From: Saccostrea echinata
Lineage: Eukaryota
Reading direction: 5' to 3'
Assembly (NCBI RefSeq): GCF_033153115.1
Contig: NW_026889758.1
Span: 53,568,001 to 53,632,000 of the forward strand
Length of the DNA: 64,000 nt
The notes beneath the pieces are model-generated. The model was not told the origin of the DNA and made no database searches. It saw only the letters and a program-made list of their open reading frames with translations. Position numbers and translations under genes: made by a program. Shown here piece after piece: positions 38,636 to 50,642 of this stretch. Position 1 is the stretch's first letter; each line of letters begins with the position of its first letter.

Positions 38636-40829
38636 CGTAGGTCGCGGGTTTGCAGGCCATTTAAAAGTGTCCGAAAACATACCATGAAAATTAGTTATAT
38701 GAATCCTCTACCTTCGTTTTATATTCTCTGAAAATTTTATTAAATTTGTCTGTATCGTTTTTGTGTAATTAAATCCCAAACATGCCATTGTTGTCGTTAC
38801 ATTTTCGACGTTATTCTAATGAATTATATAAGAAAAACGTCGTTTTCGGCTCGTTTTGAGGCAAGATTTTGTTTCAAAAAATATCAATAACTTTTAAATG
38901 GTGCAGACGAAATTGTTTCCCCTTTGGTATTTTAACAAAGAATTGATTTGAAATAAATCAATGTGAAAAAATTAATATGTCTTCGGGTTAGTTTTCGCGT
39001 AATTTAAATGTGGATAATTGCTTTTATATCGCAAAATTAACATTTTTAAGAACGACGTCATAAAATATCGCGACGTCATGCTTGACGTCGTGAATATCTA
39101 TCCGGTATTCAGTGCAGAAAAATAAGATGAAATATTTTTTATAAAAAAGAAATTCACGTCTGTCTGCTTTCAAATGACCCGTGAATCGTATCATAATAAT
39201 TCAATATCAATGAAATGATTATTAGACATGCATGTTTCTCTTCAGATTAGGCTTTTTGTACGTCTTATATATATTAGTGAAAATTCTCGTAAGGGATGTA
39301 AAACAACAATCAATCCTTTAGTTTCTTTCTTCCAATTTATGTGTTGTTTTCTTACCGTTTCTTTTCTGTTTTTTTTTTTTCTAGATTAGACGTATCCTTA
39401 CATTTGGCTGTGTATTTTTCTTTTCCAGCGTGCTGGCGGAAAACGGTATCTCTCTAATTCAAGTACATAAAATGTTTTTATTCAGACAATTCAGCAAGGC
39501 GCTTAAATCTACGAATTTCTGCCAAATATCGTCCCGGCTAAATACAATATATTTTCAGTATATATTTAAACAAAATATTTATTTTTACATACCACATTTT
39601 CAGAGGGGTAAATGGGACGAGAATTTAAAAATTAATTTTGTCTGTAAACAAAAGCCAGTTTTTTGAGAACATTAATTCTACTTGTTGGACATGGAAAGCG
39701 AAGTAGCGAATAAAATCTGTAGGTAACAGCATTGCTAGCTGTTGCTTAGGGGACGCGATCATTTCATTCGGGGGGGGGGTACAGATTTTGGAAATAATCT
39801 GTCCTCGAAAATGTTGAAAATAAATAATCTGTCCTCGACTGGGCAAGAAAATAAATAATCTGCCCATGACTAGTTCTAGCACCCCCCCCCCCCCATGGGA
39901 GTTTTCAACCTTGATGTTTTCCTTTTTTTTTTGCTTGTCAGACTTTTTTCAGTGAAGATGAAATAAATAATATGTCCTTGTTTTTTTTTTTTTTTGGGGG
40001 GGGGGGGGATAAATAATTTGTTCTTCACCGACATGAAAATAAACAATCTGACTCGGTAAAATTTGCCACCCCCTCTCCCTCAGAATCAAATACTTGTCCC
40101 CTAACAGGAGGCCAGTGTCGCTAAAAATATGTCTTTATGTTTCATCGTACGTTAGCAGTATTTAATTTATGATAAACTTGTAGATCTATATATTTTAAAA
40201 ATATCCTTTTTAAAAATAAAGTTTAATCTTTTGATGTAACAGGTGTATTTGCGATTTTTCTTTTTAAATAATGGCTTCTTTATTGATCAAACAAACTGTT
40301 AATTCAAATACGATCAAAGGAAAAAAAGTCAGTTGAGACTTGTGCCCATATCGTTTCGCGATACCAAGTGAAAACAAATCGCAATTTCTCGGGCCTTTCC
40401 GACAAGCCGAAAAACAACCACTTGTTTTTCCAAGCTTGCAGGAAAGGCCCGAGAAGATGCGATTGATAACAAATATAATTAAACGTTTTTTAATATTTCC
40501 AGTGTCGATCATTCGATTCGTAATAAGCCTTCTTCACTAAATTACTAATTCCAACAAAAAGTTGTATCTAAGTATTGTATCGACTATACAAATCGTAAAA
40601 AGCCTCCATTATTTGTGGTAAGTTGTTGCTTAAATAATATAACACTAAACTGCCAATTCCAAGAAAAGTTATAGCTAAATAACGATATACTGAAGAATTT
40701 AATAAAACAAAAATCATCGCAGATTTCTTTTTCATTGTGACGTCATAATCAAATGTGCACAAGAAAATCGCCCAAATCATATAAATTGCGTACACAGTTT
40801 TAACGACGTCAGCAAACCCGCGACCTACG
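38636..40829. mobile_element. 2.2-kb non-autonomous DNA transposon with TTAA flanks; nested MITE at 39749-40101
   Basis: TTAA|CGTAGGTCGCGGGTTTGC ... GCAAACCCGCGACCTACG|TTAA, an 18-bp perfect TIR. The nested element reads TTA|GGGGAC...GTCCCC|TAA. Confidence 0.85.
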
Positions 40830-42413
40830 TTAATATAAAAAAAATGTGCATGTATGAATTGAAGAACAAAAAAATATAACAATCTGAAATGCATAGTGAA
40901 AATACTTTGATTTACTATAGTGAAGAAACTTAGATACTATAGTAAACTATAGTTGACATAGTAAACTGTAGTTAACTTTAGTTAAATATAGTATTTTTTG
41001 TTAGGGTGCATTGGTGGATATTAAAATAAAAAAAAGATGAAAAGAATTGTATTTAGAGATCGGCCATGACAGTATTACAAGGGAATTACTGGTATAAATA
41101 ATATGAATACTATTTCTTTTTTTCTTTATTCATTTATTTTATTTCTCCTTTTTGTTATCGATTTTATTCTCGCATTGACAAAATAGCACCCACACGACAG
41201 AAAAAATAGTACATGATATTTAGATCGCCTTTACCTTTCAGATTAAATAAAATTTTTAGAATGGGATTAAAATAAAACATAAAGTTAGAGTCCTTTATAA
41301 AGCCCTGTTGTTATATAAAAAAGGTTATCATGGCGAACTATTGTGTTGTAACCATATTTACATTGGTAGCATCCCTTGTCTAATAGAAAGCGGGTTAATA
41401 CGCAATGGACTATGCAAGGCTGTGTACATAAAAGATTTCCCATGAGCAAAAAATACTACTTAAAGTTGAATTTTTAAAATTTTACGTCTACTTGATTTAA
41501 GGAAGCTCTAAACACTGACAAAAATGTTTTTTTGGACTTTGAGAAAATTTTATCACATAAAGAAGTACATAATGAATTTTTCTAGTTCATTTTCAACATA
41601 GGGTACCTGTCATGTTTCTCCACAAAAAATAATTCAAGACAATGAAGTATTAGTGAACAGGAATCACTGTTGTTTACTTACATTTGGGATGTACATGCAA
41701 ACAATGTTTTTAATTAATTTAGTTTGGTCTAATATAATGTAAAGAATACTATAATCTATTCTAAATTGTGTCATTAACTGTAGAGTTTCATTTATTCCAT
41801 TTTACATCAAAGGGCAGATCACTCTAACTGCATAAAACTACCATGGAATTTGAACTCTTTACTGAGCAGTGTTTAAAGCTTCCTTAAAGCACAGTTTAAA
41901 AATTGGAGAGAAACGTCGTGTAGAAAAAATCCTCACTGTGTAGAGAAGGTAGAAGAAATATTTATTTAAATTCTGTTCTGATATGAACCCGAATCGCCAT
42001 TGGCTTAAACTGTTTTATAAATCTCTAGGTCATTGAATTTTCAATTTTCATTCTTATTTTTAAAAATACTCAGGCATTAATTGATATGGTCATAGTGCAT
42101 ATTTTAATGATGTAATTAGATGTATATCCGCCATAATTATTTGGATAACCGCCATTTTTTGTTTCTTAGAATTTCCTTTTATTTAGGTAGAACATCTAGG
42201 TTATCTCGGTAATTTATCAGTGAGAAGGGTTACTGAATAATGTAGTTTTCCATACAACAAACCTTATGCTTCTACCTTTTATTTTTGCCATGTTTTGAAT
42301 TGGGAAAACAGCCTACGTTTGCATATAAAGCATTAAATTATACAATGAAAAGGAGCAAACCAGAATATTTTTTTTTAAATTTAAAGGACTTTCTGACTAT
42401 TGTTATTTATTTG

Positions 42414-42631
42414 CAGGCCCGTAGGAAGCAAATTCAGTTTGAGGGGGCACAACCACACATTTGCAGTTGGGGGGGGGCACTATCAACTACCAAAATTCCT
42501 TGACAAGCAAAAAAAAAAAAGGTCATCAGACGTTATTATTGAGGGGGCACAAGCATATAGTAGCCATGTTTTCTATAGTATTATATACATCGGCAAAATT
42601 ATTGGGTGGGCCCCTGGTTCCTACGGCCATG
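42414..42631. mobile_element. MITE with 5-bp flanking duplication
   Basis: ATTTG|CAGGCCCGTAGGAA ... TTCCTACGGCCATG|ATTTG. Confidence 0.75.
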
Positions 42632-43207
42632 ATTTGCATTTACTAAATATTTTCGCTTTGTATTTTATGAAAACCAATTGTTGATTATTTTACGCTTAAT
42701 CATAATTTACTTCTTGGCTAGTTAGATCCTGTTTATGAAGACATCTGTATGAGAGACTTTTTAAGAAAAGCTATATAGTCAAAGATCATTTATTTCATGG
42801 ACCTGTCATTGATGTAATGTATGGATCGATGAAAATTATACTTTAAACCTATTTCGTAAATAACTCACCCCCCCCCCCACCCCCGGAAAAAAAACAACTA
42901 AAATTTCTTTCTCTGTTCATATTTTAATGAACTCTTGCAATAGTCGCAGAAAATAAATATATAAATTGCATACTCAGGTTATGTATTTTTCTTCAATGAT
43001 GTAAGCTTTCATCCCTGCAGGAAAAAGAATTCAAGAAAGTATATATTGTATTGTTTAATGTCTTTAAAAATCATAAGCAAGCTTTACATTTTTCTTTTCG
43101 CATTCTCTGTAGAATTTAAAATTTATTTTATAAAAATGATGAATAGATTACCTTAAATGTAAAACTTTAAACTTTATTAGTTGAATGAATTTAGTATCTA
43201 TAACGTA

Positions 43208-43426
43208 CTGTGGAATCATTTTAATTCGTGGGGGTCAATGTTCGTGGACAAGCAAAATTTTACTTGTTCGAGGGGACGTAATTTCGTGGGTTACTCGTTT
43301 GTACGGTAGATTCAATTAATAAATATGTTTACAAAACGAACGTTCGTGGGGATGTAATTTCGTGGGTAAGGGTGACCCACGAAATCCACGAACATTGATC
43401 CCCCACGAACAATGATGATTCCACAG
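43208..43426. mobile_element. MITE with TA TSD in the upstream region of TLR B
   Basis: TA|CTGTGGAATCAT..TTCGTGGGGG.TCAATGTTCGTGGA ... TCCACGAACATTGATCCCCCACGAA..ATGATTCCACAG|TA. It is absent from the paralogous TLR A upstream sequence. Confidence 0.85.
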
Positions 43427-43906
43427 TACGTGTACACTTTGAGACGTTTCATGGTCATAGGTAAATATTTCCCGTACTCTCTTTGAAGAACATGCTTATA
43501 AAAATAGGTGGTCTTATGTACCCCAAAGACATTACTTGTATAAACCTTACCAGGTGCTATTAGAAATGTCAACTGTCAATGCTAAAATGTACACCTGACC
43601 TAGAGATCTATAAAACATTTTAAGCCAATGGCAATTCGGGTTCCTATCAGAACAAGGAAGAAGAAGTGGGGACTTAATTTACTCATCTGCATTCAAAGAG
43701 GAGATATCACACCTTTTATTACTGATGTGAGGTAAAACCATTATATGTATATATCTATGAAGTATGTCTACAATTGTTTATAGATTCGAAATTCCACATT
43801 GCTTTTAATGAAACTGACTTTTTAAACTATTTAGTGAATGAGTACAAAATCGTATAAGCATGATATTCAATTCTTACGTGATATCGAGTTTGTTATTACT
43901 AGTATT

Positions 43907-44065
43907 TAAGCACTGAATTTTTATTTTTGGATGTCGTTGGTCCTATAACACACCTGGCCGTGCTGAGAAATTATCAAATCGCTCTTACGCGCGGTATTCA
44001 ATTTGTCGGCACGGCCAGGTGTGTTATATGACCGACGACATCCAAAAATAAAAATTCAATGCTTA
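43907..44065. repeat. ~160-bp foldback element in the probable 5'UTR intron of TLR B
   Basis: ~60-bp arms: TAAGCACTGAATTTTTATTTTTGGATGTCGTTGGTCCTATAACACACCTGGCCGTGC and its near-perfect reverse complement. Confidence 0.88.
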
Positions 44066-44325
44066 TATTTACATTCTCCAATTTTGTCTCTTCATAATTG
44101 TTTAATCTTTAATATGAATTAAGCAGTTCGATGCAATTCTTCTACTAAAAATGCAGTGGAAATGTAGATTCTTAAAGACTTCATTTTTACAGACTTATAG
44201 CATATGATGCTATACAGATTTATAGTTACATTACAAAACACTGTAAATGTATTGATTGCAGAAGTGAAATTCACACTAAATGGTGAAATCTAGAATGTAC
44301 TATTATCTATTTTTAGATTTTGAAA

Positions 44326-46365
44326 ATGGCAAACTGCCTTAACATAGTTTACATCATCCTTACGTCGTTTGTTTCGATAATGGCTGCAAACCACTGTGAC
44401 CCTTGCCAGTCCACAAATTCCATAGACCTGTCGGACTGCAATATCCACAGCCTGTCAGAAGCAATTAACAAATCTTGTAGTGCTGCACGAAGTGCTCAAA
44501 GTCTGAATTTGAAAGGAAATTTTACAACAAACATTTCAAGCAACGACTTTAAAATGCAGGATAACACTGGGTATTTCTGGCGGCTCAGCAAACTTAATTT
44601 AAGTAACAATTCAATCGTTTATGTCGCCGAAGACGCATTCTTGATCTTGCTCGTTCTTGAACATCTAGATCTCTCGAATAACAACATTAAAGAGTTAGAA
44701 AATGGAATTCTTCAAAATAAACCTGCTTTAAGGATTGTTGATTTCTCTTACAATCAGATAAATTTTATTGGATCTCACGTTTTTACAAAATACCACATCG
44801 CTCTAAAAGAGGTTCACCTTGCACATAACAAACTTGTCTCCATTGAACCGTGGCCATATATACCACCAATTTTGAGGAAATTTGATGTATCATACAACCT
44901 CATCGTGAACTTTACCAACAGAATGAACTGGACATACAACTTAGAGGAACCTTACCACGCAAGTGCAGATCTACGTCACAATCAGTTTACATTTTGGAAT
45001 GATGGATTCTTGCAACAATACAATCCTAATAGTGAAGACTTTTACATCGACATTGTAACATATAACGTGGACCTTCGGGATAATCCGTGGTTCTGTGACT
45101 GTAAGCTCCATGAAGTTTTAAGGAGATACCAGAATTCATTAATTAAATACGCTTATTCAAATATGATTGAAGTTAAATGCAACGGTCCACCAGAACTAAA
45201 AGGGAAATCTTTTGTGGAAGATGTTGATTTGAACGATTTAATTTGTAATGTCACCAAGGACTGTCCACAGAATTGTTTATGCCAAGACAAGCCGGATGAT
45301 AATATGTTTCATGTAAATTGTGATAATGGAGACCACACAAGTTTACCAAGTCAATTGCCTGAGATCGGAAACAAAAATCTGAAATTGGAAATGAATAATA
45401 ATCATATCAAGACATTATCTAGTAGGAATTATACATCTCATATCACCGAACTCTCTCTTTCCGGAAATGGACTTCAGGTAGTTGAAGTTGAAGCAATAGA
45501 GAACATGAAGGACCAGGTGCATTTGAACCTGGAAAACAATAATTTGCAAAGCATTCCAGATAACATTCAGTTTAAAACTCCATATGAAAAAGTCGAATTA
45601 AGTAAAAATCCTTTCAAGTGCACATGCGACATGGTTTGGATGGCAGAATGGATTAATTTGGCCCCTGAGGACAATCCAAATCGTGATATTCAATGTACTT
45701 ACAAGAAAGATGACTTTTACAAGATTCGTGAAGTGACAGAAAGGTTGCTCGACTGCGCGTATGATGTTGCTATAGGGTTTACAATAGGCTTCGCCATTTT
45801 ACTTACACTCGTAATTGTTGCTGTTGTGTGGGCCAAACGGTGCCCGTATGAAACGAAAGTTATCTTATTTAGGTTTTTTCGGTATCACCCGTGGGACAAA
45901 TACCGCGTGGACAGAGAATTAGTTGCAGAGTATGACGCGTACGTATCGTTTGATGACACTAATATTCACATACGCCAGTGGGTGCTTAAAAAATTTGTGA
46001 AACGTCTTGAAGAGGAAAAACCCTGCTATAAGTTTTTTGTGCCTATCAGAAACCTTATTGCTGGGGAAGACAAAGCAGATGGTATCATAAACAATATGGA
46101 GAAAAGCAAAAGAGTTATTATCATTCTGTCGGACAAATATGACGAGAATGAGTGGTGCAAATTTGAGTGCCAGCGTGCAGAAATTTTGGAATTGAACAAT
46201 GGACGAGTCATCTTCATAAGATATCACCCTGAAGCAGGCGATATGATAGAAAACGAACCGTGGAAATCTCGAGTGAAAGGCCGGAAGGTGTTTTCTCCAG
46301 GAGAGAAGAAAAGTGAACGAAGATGGTTCTGGGGGAAAATTAAATATGAGTTACCTACTCAATAA
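44326..46365 (+). CDS. Toll-like receptor B, tandem paralogue of TLR A (679 aa from the ATG at 44326)
   Basis: Same architecture as TLR A, colinear throughout. The TIR is nearly identical but the BB loop reads RNLIAG. The ORF track starts at TTG 44320; the first ATG after acceptor TTTTAG is at 44326. Confidence 0.97.
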   Translation: MANCLNIVYIILTSFVSIMAANHCDPCQSTNSIDLSDCNIHSLSEAINKSCSAARSAQSLNLKGNFTTNISSNDFKMQDNTGYFWRLSKLNLSNNSIVYVAEDAFLILLVLEHLDLSNNNIKELENGILQNKPALRIVDFSYNQINFIGSHVFTKYHIALKEVHLAHNKLVSIEPWPYIPPILRKFDVSYNLIVNFTNRMNWTYNLEEPYHASADLRHNQFTFWNDGFLQQYNPNSEDFYIDIVTYNVDLRDNPWFCDCKLHEVLRRYQNSLIKYAYSNMIEVKCNGPPELKGKSFVEDVDLNDLICNVTKDCPQNCLCQDKPDDNMFHVNCDNGDHTSLPSQLPEIGNKNLKLEMNNNHIKTLSSRNYTSHITELSLSGNGLQVVEVEAIENMKDQVHLNLENNNLQSIPDNIQFKTPYEKVELSKNPFKCTCDMVWMAEWINLAPEDNPNRDIQCTYKKDDFYKIREVTERLLDCAYDVAIGFTIGFAILLTLVIVAVVWAKRCPYETKVILFRFFRYHPWDKYRVDRELVAEYDAYVSFDDTNIHIRQWVLKKFVKRLEEEKPCYKFFVPIRNLIAGEDKADGIINNMEKSKRVIIILSDKYDENEWCKFECQRAEILELNNGRVIFIRYHPEAGDMIENEPWKSRVKGRKVFSPGEKKSERRWFWGKIKYELPTQ

Positions 46366-47613
46366 TTTGAATTTTACTGGGGGTACTTATTACATATACT
46401 TGAAGCTGTTTTATCAGTACTTAACATCCATCCCATTTGATGCATTACATTATCAAACACTACATAATTCTAAAATTCACGTTTGTTTTGCAATGAATAT
46501 TTTCATAAGACATTAGTTTTGCATTAAACATTAAATATAAGTTTTACTCATCCTCTTTATATTTAAAGTATTACAAGTAACCTTCTGTTATTTAAGAGAA
46601 TTTTATGTTATTTTAATACAATCTCTCGAAATTATACAAAAATGTAGTCTTAACTAATAGAGTGTGTGATATATACATGACTGTAATATCCTTAAAGAAA
46701 GAGGGTTTATCATCCAGGATGCTTGAAAATCTTTAACATTTTTAATTGCCTGTTATATAGGGTAATTAAACCTAACGCTAAATCTTTTCAGTATGAATTC
46801 TATGAAGAAATTCTTCATACGTTTGTTACTAGATCTGAATATCTTTTATTCATGGACAGTTACATGTAATTGATAAAATGGAAGGTTAATTGTTGAAGAG
46901 GATCGACATAGAAAACATTGCAAGACTTACGAAGGTTTGATCATGAAACAGAACATACACACACCTTGCATTTGGTCTTTTATGATTCATTGACCCTCTG
47001 ATAAGAGATAACTCTCAGTGGTAATAATGACACATCCTCACAAAAAATTCGTTAAAAGGCGATTTTTATCGAATTTTGTACTGCAACCATTGCTGAAATT
47101 ATTTTCATGTTAGAATAATTAAGATTTCTTTTGGAAAACCGTTATCATTGAAGCAAAATGTAATATGAATAAAGAGAGGGATGTTGTCCCTTAATTTTTG
47201 TTTTAACCACTGATACAGATATTCTCAACATCACGTGTCAAGATATACCAATATATACAGATATTCAGTTTGCAATTCTCTAAGAAAAAGCACCAATATG
47301 TCTGATATTTCATAACTTATCAACAAGCTAGTCTTTATATGATTCTGACATGTGTACAAAATACCGGGGGTATATTGCACATCTTATGTAAAGTAATAAA
47401 ATAATAATGATATTTCACAATGAATCTAGTATTGCATATTATTGTAGAATTTTAGAAATAAACATACCAAGGAAAAACTCTATTTTATCACGTTTATAGT
47501 ATTTATTTGTAATATAGAATATTTAATTGTTCTCGAAAGAAACAAAAATTTAAAAAAGAAATAAAAAATGTTTTCTTGCTGTTTGCACTTATTTGGTAGG
47601 TAAATCTTTCCTT

Positions 47614-48819
47614 TTTAGGTCGCCTGAGTCACTCAGGTGACCTATTGCTATCTGTTTTCGTCCGTCGTCGTCTGTCGTGCGTCGTGTGTTAACATTTGAA
47701 CATTTTCAGCTTCTTCTCGGAAACCGCTGAACCAATTTCAGCCAATTTTGGCATATGGCATCTATAAGGGGAACAAAAATTGTGTATTTCATGGTCCCTG
47801 CCCCCCTGGGGCCTGAGGGGTGGGACTAAAACCACCAAAATTGATGCAATCTTTAAAAATCTTCTTCTTTACTCCTGGACATCAAGCAGTCAAACTGTTG
47901 GCATGATTGTAATAAGCATTGAGCCCTCGACCAAAATTGTGAAATTCATGGCCCCAGGGTAAGGGGTTCTGGTGCTAGGGCGGGGCTATATAGATCATAT
48001 AGTGAAAGTGTATTATTTCTTTGAAAATCTTCTTCTTTACTCCTGGGTATTATTTAAACAAATTAAATACATACTTATGATAAGCAAGGATGCCTCTTCC
48101 AGAATTGTGAATGTCATGGCCCCTGGATCAGGGGTTCTGGTGTTAGGGTGGGGCTCTATTTATCATATAGTGAAAATGCATTAATGCTTTATAAATCTTC
48201 TTCTCTGCTCCGGAGTATTATTTAAACAAACTAAGTACATTGTAAAGATAAGCAAGGATGTCTCCTCCAAAATTGTGAAATTCATGGCCCCAGGGATAGG
48301 GGTTCTGGTGCTAGGGTGGGGCTATATAGATCCTATTGTGAAGGTGAATTATTTTTTGAAAATCTTCTCTGCCCCTGGGTATTATTTAAACAAACCAAGT
48401 ACATTGTCATGATACGCAAGGATGCCTCTTCCAAAATTGTGAATTTCATGGCCCCAAGGTCAAGGGTTCTGGTGAAAAGGGGGGAGGGCTCTATTGATTA
48501 TATAGTGAAAAGCAAAATTTCTTTGAAAATATTCTTTTCTCTTCTGGTTAAAAAGCAAGCTAAGTGTATAGTTATGATGAGCACGAGTGCTTCTTCCAGA
48601 GTAGTGAATTGCATGACCCCTGGGTCAGATGTGCTGGTGTAATGGTGGGGCTCTTGATAATATAGTGAAAATGCATGAATTCTATTAAATAATCCTGTCT
48701 GCTCCTTAGTGTTAAGCAGATAAACAAAGTGATTACTTATGATGAGCAAACTTCTGCTCCCAGGGTGAGAGGCTCTGGTGTTTCTCGATGGGGAGGGAAG
48801 CTCTATTGAAAATATCTGT

Positions 48820-48852
<33 letters not shown>

Positions 48853-49493
48853 CTGCACCTGGGCATATCAGAGACAAAAAGAGTAAAAGTTTTAGTAAGG
48901 AAGGGTATTTTTACCAGATATTTGAACATCTGGACCATTTGGTCAAGTGTTCTGGTCCTGGCTAGGGCTCTATTATTTTGTAATCTACTGAGAGGAGTTA
49001 TTCCTCTTTGCCATTTACTTTTGATAATTAATCACTGTAAATAATGTACTTGAAAAGTTAATAGAATAAGAGAATTATCCAAGAATTTTTATTGTATAAT
49101 ACAAAAAGTACTTTCATAGTTTTAATGATCAGGTAGACTTGTAAGTGATAGATAAATAAAAATGAGACAAAAATAACTTGTCTTATTAAATGTTCATCAA
49201 AGATCAAGAGAGGCCAATGTAAGAGATTTCAACAAGGAATTAAGATATAGTACAGAAGCACTGATAATTTGATAATATACTGTATGGTGATAGTGATAAA
49301 TGGGGAACAGATTAGAACATAATTTATGAACTGTTAATGAATGGTAGACTATTTATTTTGTTGATTCTGATCACCCTATTTTTCTTGCTTTTGGGCAACA
49401 AAGCTTCACTTCTCAGTTCATTTTATACTCTACGGATCGTCCAAATTGTTGTATTATACCCAGGTGACCGTTAAGGCCCTTGGGCCTCTTGTT
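47614..49493 (+). mobile_element. Complete HINE/Helentron-like non-autonomous element with ~180-bp internal tandem units
   Basis: 5' end TTAGGTCGCCTGAGTCACTCAGGTGACCTA (subTIR plus IR) and a CGT microsatellite. About 5-6 units of AAAATTGTGAA.TTCATGGCCCC..GG.CAGGGGTTCTGGTG. 3' end CAGGTGACCG..GGCCCTTGGGCC.TCTTGTT. Inserted in a T-run. Confidence 0.82.
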
Positions 49494-50317
49494 TATTTTA
49501 AGGATATTCGGATTATTGTATTACCATTCTGTTGACAATAAAATTAAATTTATATTTTCCAAATGAGCCTAAATTAAATTAACATACCTGTATTATAACA
49601 ATAAATTTAGAAAATAGTTACCAATATTCCATATTGACATTCAGTGCTGAAAGGAACGGGCTTTTTATGATAAAAATCATAAACTCCTATCAATTCACAC
49701 CATATGTTGACAATTAGTAACAAATTTGAATGATAAATCATAAAACAATATTTCCATGTCTTTTTTGAAAATGCGATTCCTAGTGAAATTATATCTGTTT
49801 TTTTATTTCTCATGCCTACATTACAAGCTATTAATCAAGCCAAAACCAATAGAAGTAGCTTATATAAATAGATGGAAGTAATGTAATGAATACAATGAAA
49901 TATTACAATAATGACGATTCAAGATTTATTTGTTTTTTTACTTAGTCATGAAATTACTTTCTAAAATAAAATAACGATTTTCCACTCTACCATTTGACTT
50001 AATAACAAAAATAATAAAATTCAAATTTATCATGCTGATTTTCAATAATTTCTAATGTTTTTTTTGTTTTTGTTTTGTTTTTTTTGTTTTTTTTGCCTTC
50101 ACTGTTGCATTCTTATTATGAGAGTGTTTTTTTTATTGTACATGTTCATACATCCAAACTCAGACACTTGTTTTAATTAGAAGCTCTGACTACAGCTTAT
50201 AAACGTTGTAAATTTTAGCTAGAAATGCTCGTTCAGACACTGTTTATTTTAGATAATGGATATCTAGATTAGACAATGAATGAATGTATTTATTGTACAT
50301 GTATTTAGATTTGAAAT

Positions 50318-50320
<3 letters not shown>

Positions 50321-50379
<59 letters not shown>

Positions 50380-50499
50380 TATATATAATCGTAAAAGAAA
50401 AAGAAAATGCACAGTTTCAAAATTTCATTCAACACAAGCGCTTTCTGGATTTCATAATCCGTCTTCAGGTGTACATAACATTTGAACTGTATTGTTTTG

Positions 50500-50575
<76 letters not shown>
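50321..50575. repeat. Two (AT)n microsatellites just downstream of the ARM-TIR-SAM stop codon
   Basis: (TA)n runs at ~50321-50386 and ~50501-50575. Confidence 0.95.
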
Positions 50576-50578
<3 letters not shown>

Positions 50579-50642
50579 TATCACAGTTAATGAAATTGGC
50601 ACAATCTTATAACAACCGAAAATCCAGTAAATTATACTGAAT

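Noticed and set aside
47780-48749. Cluster of similar short ORFs (also 14224-14715)
   Set aside because: Translations of tandem satellite units inside HINE-like elements.
50280-50612. ORF with IY repeats (similarly the ER-repeat ORF at 54209-54445)
   Set aside because: Artefacts of (AT)n and (CT)n microsatellites.
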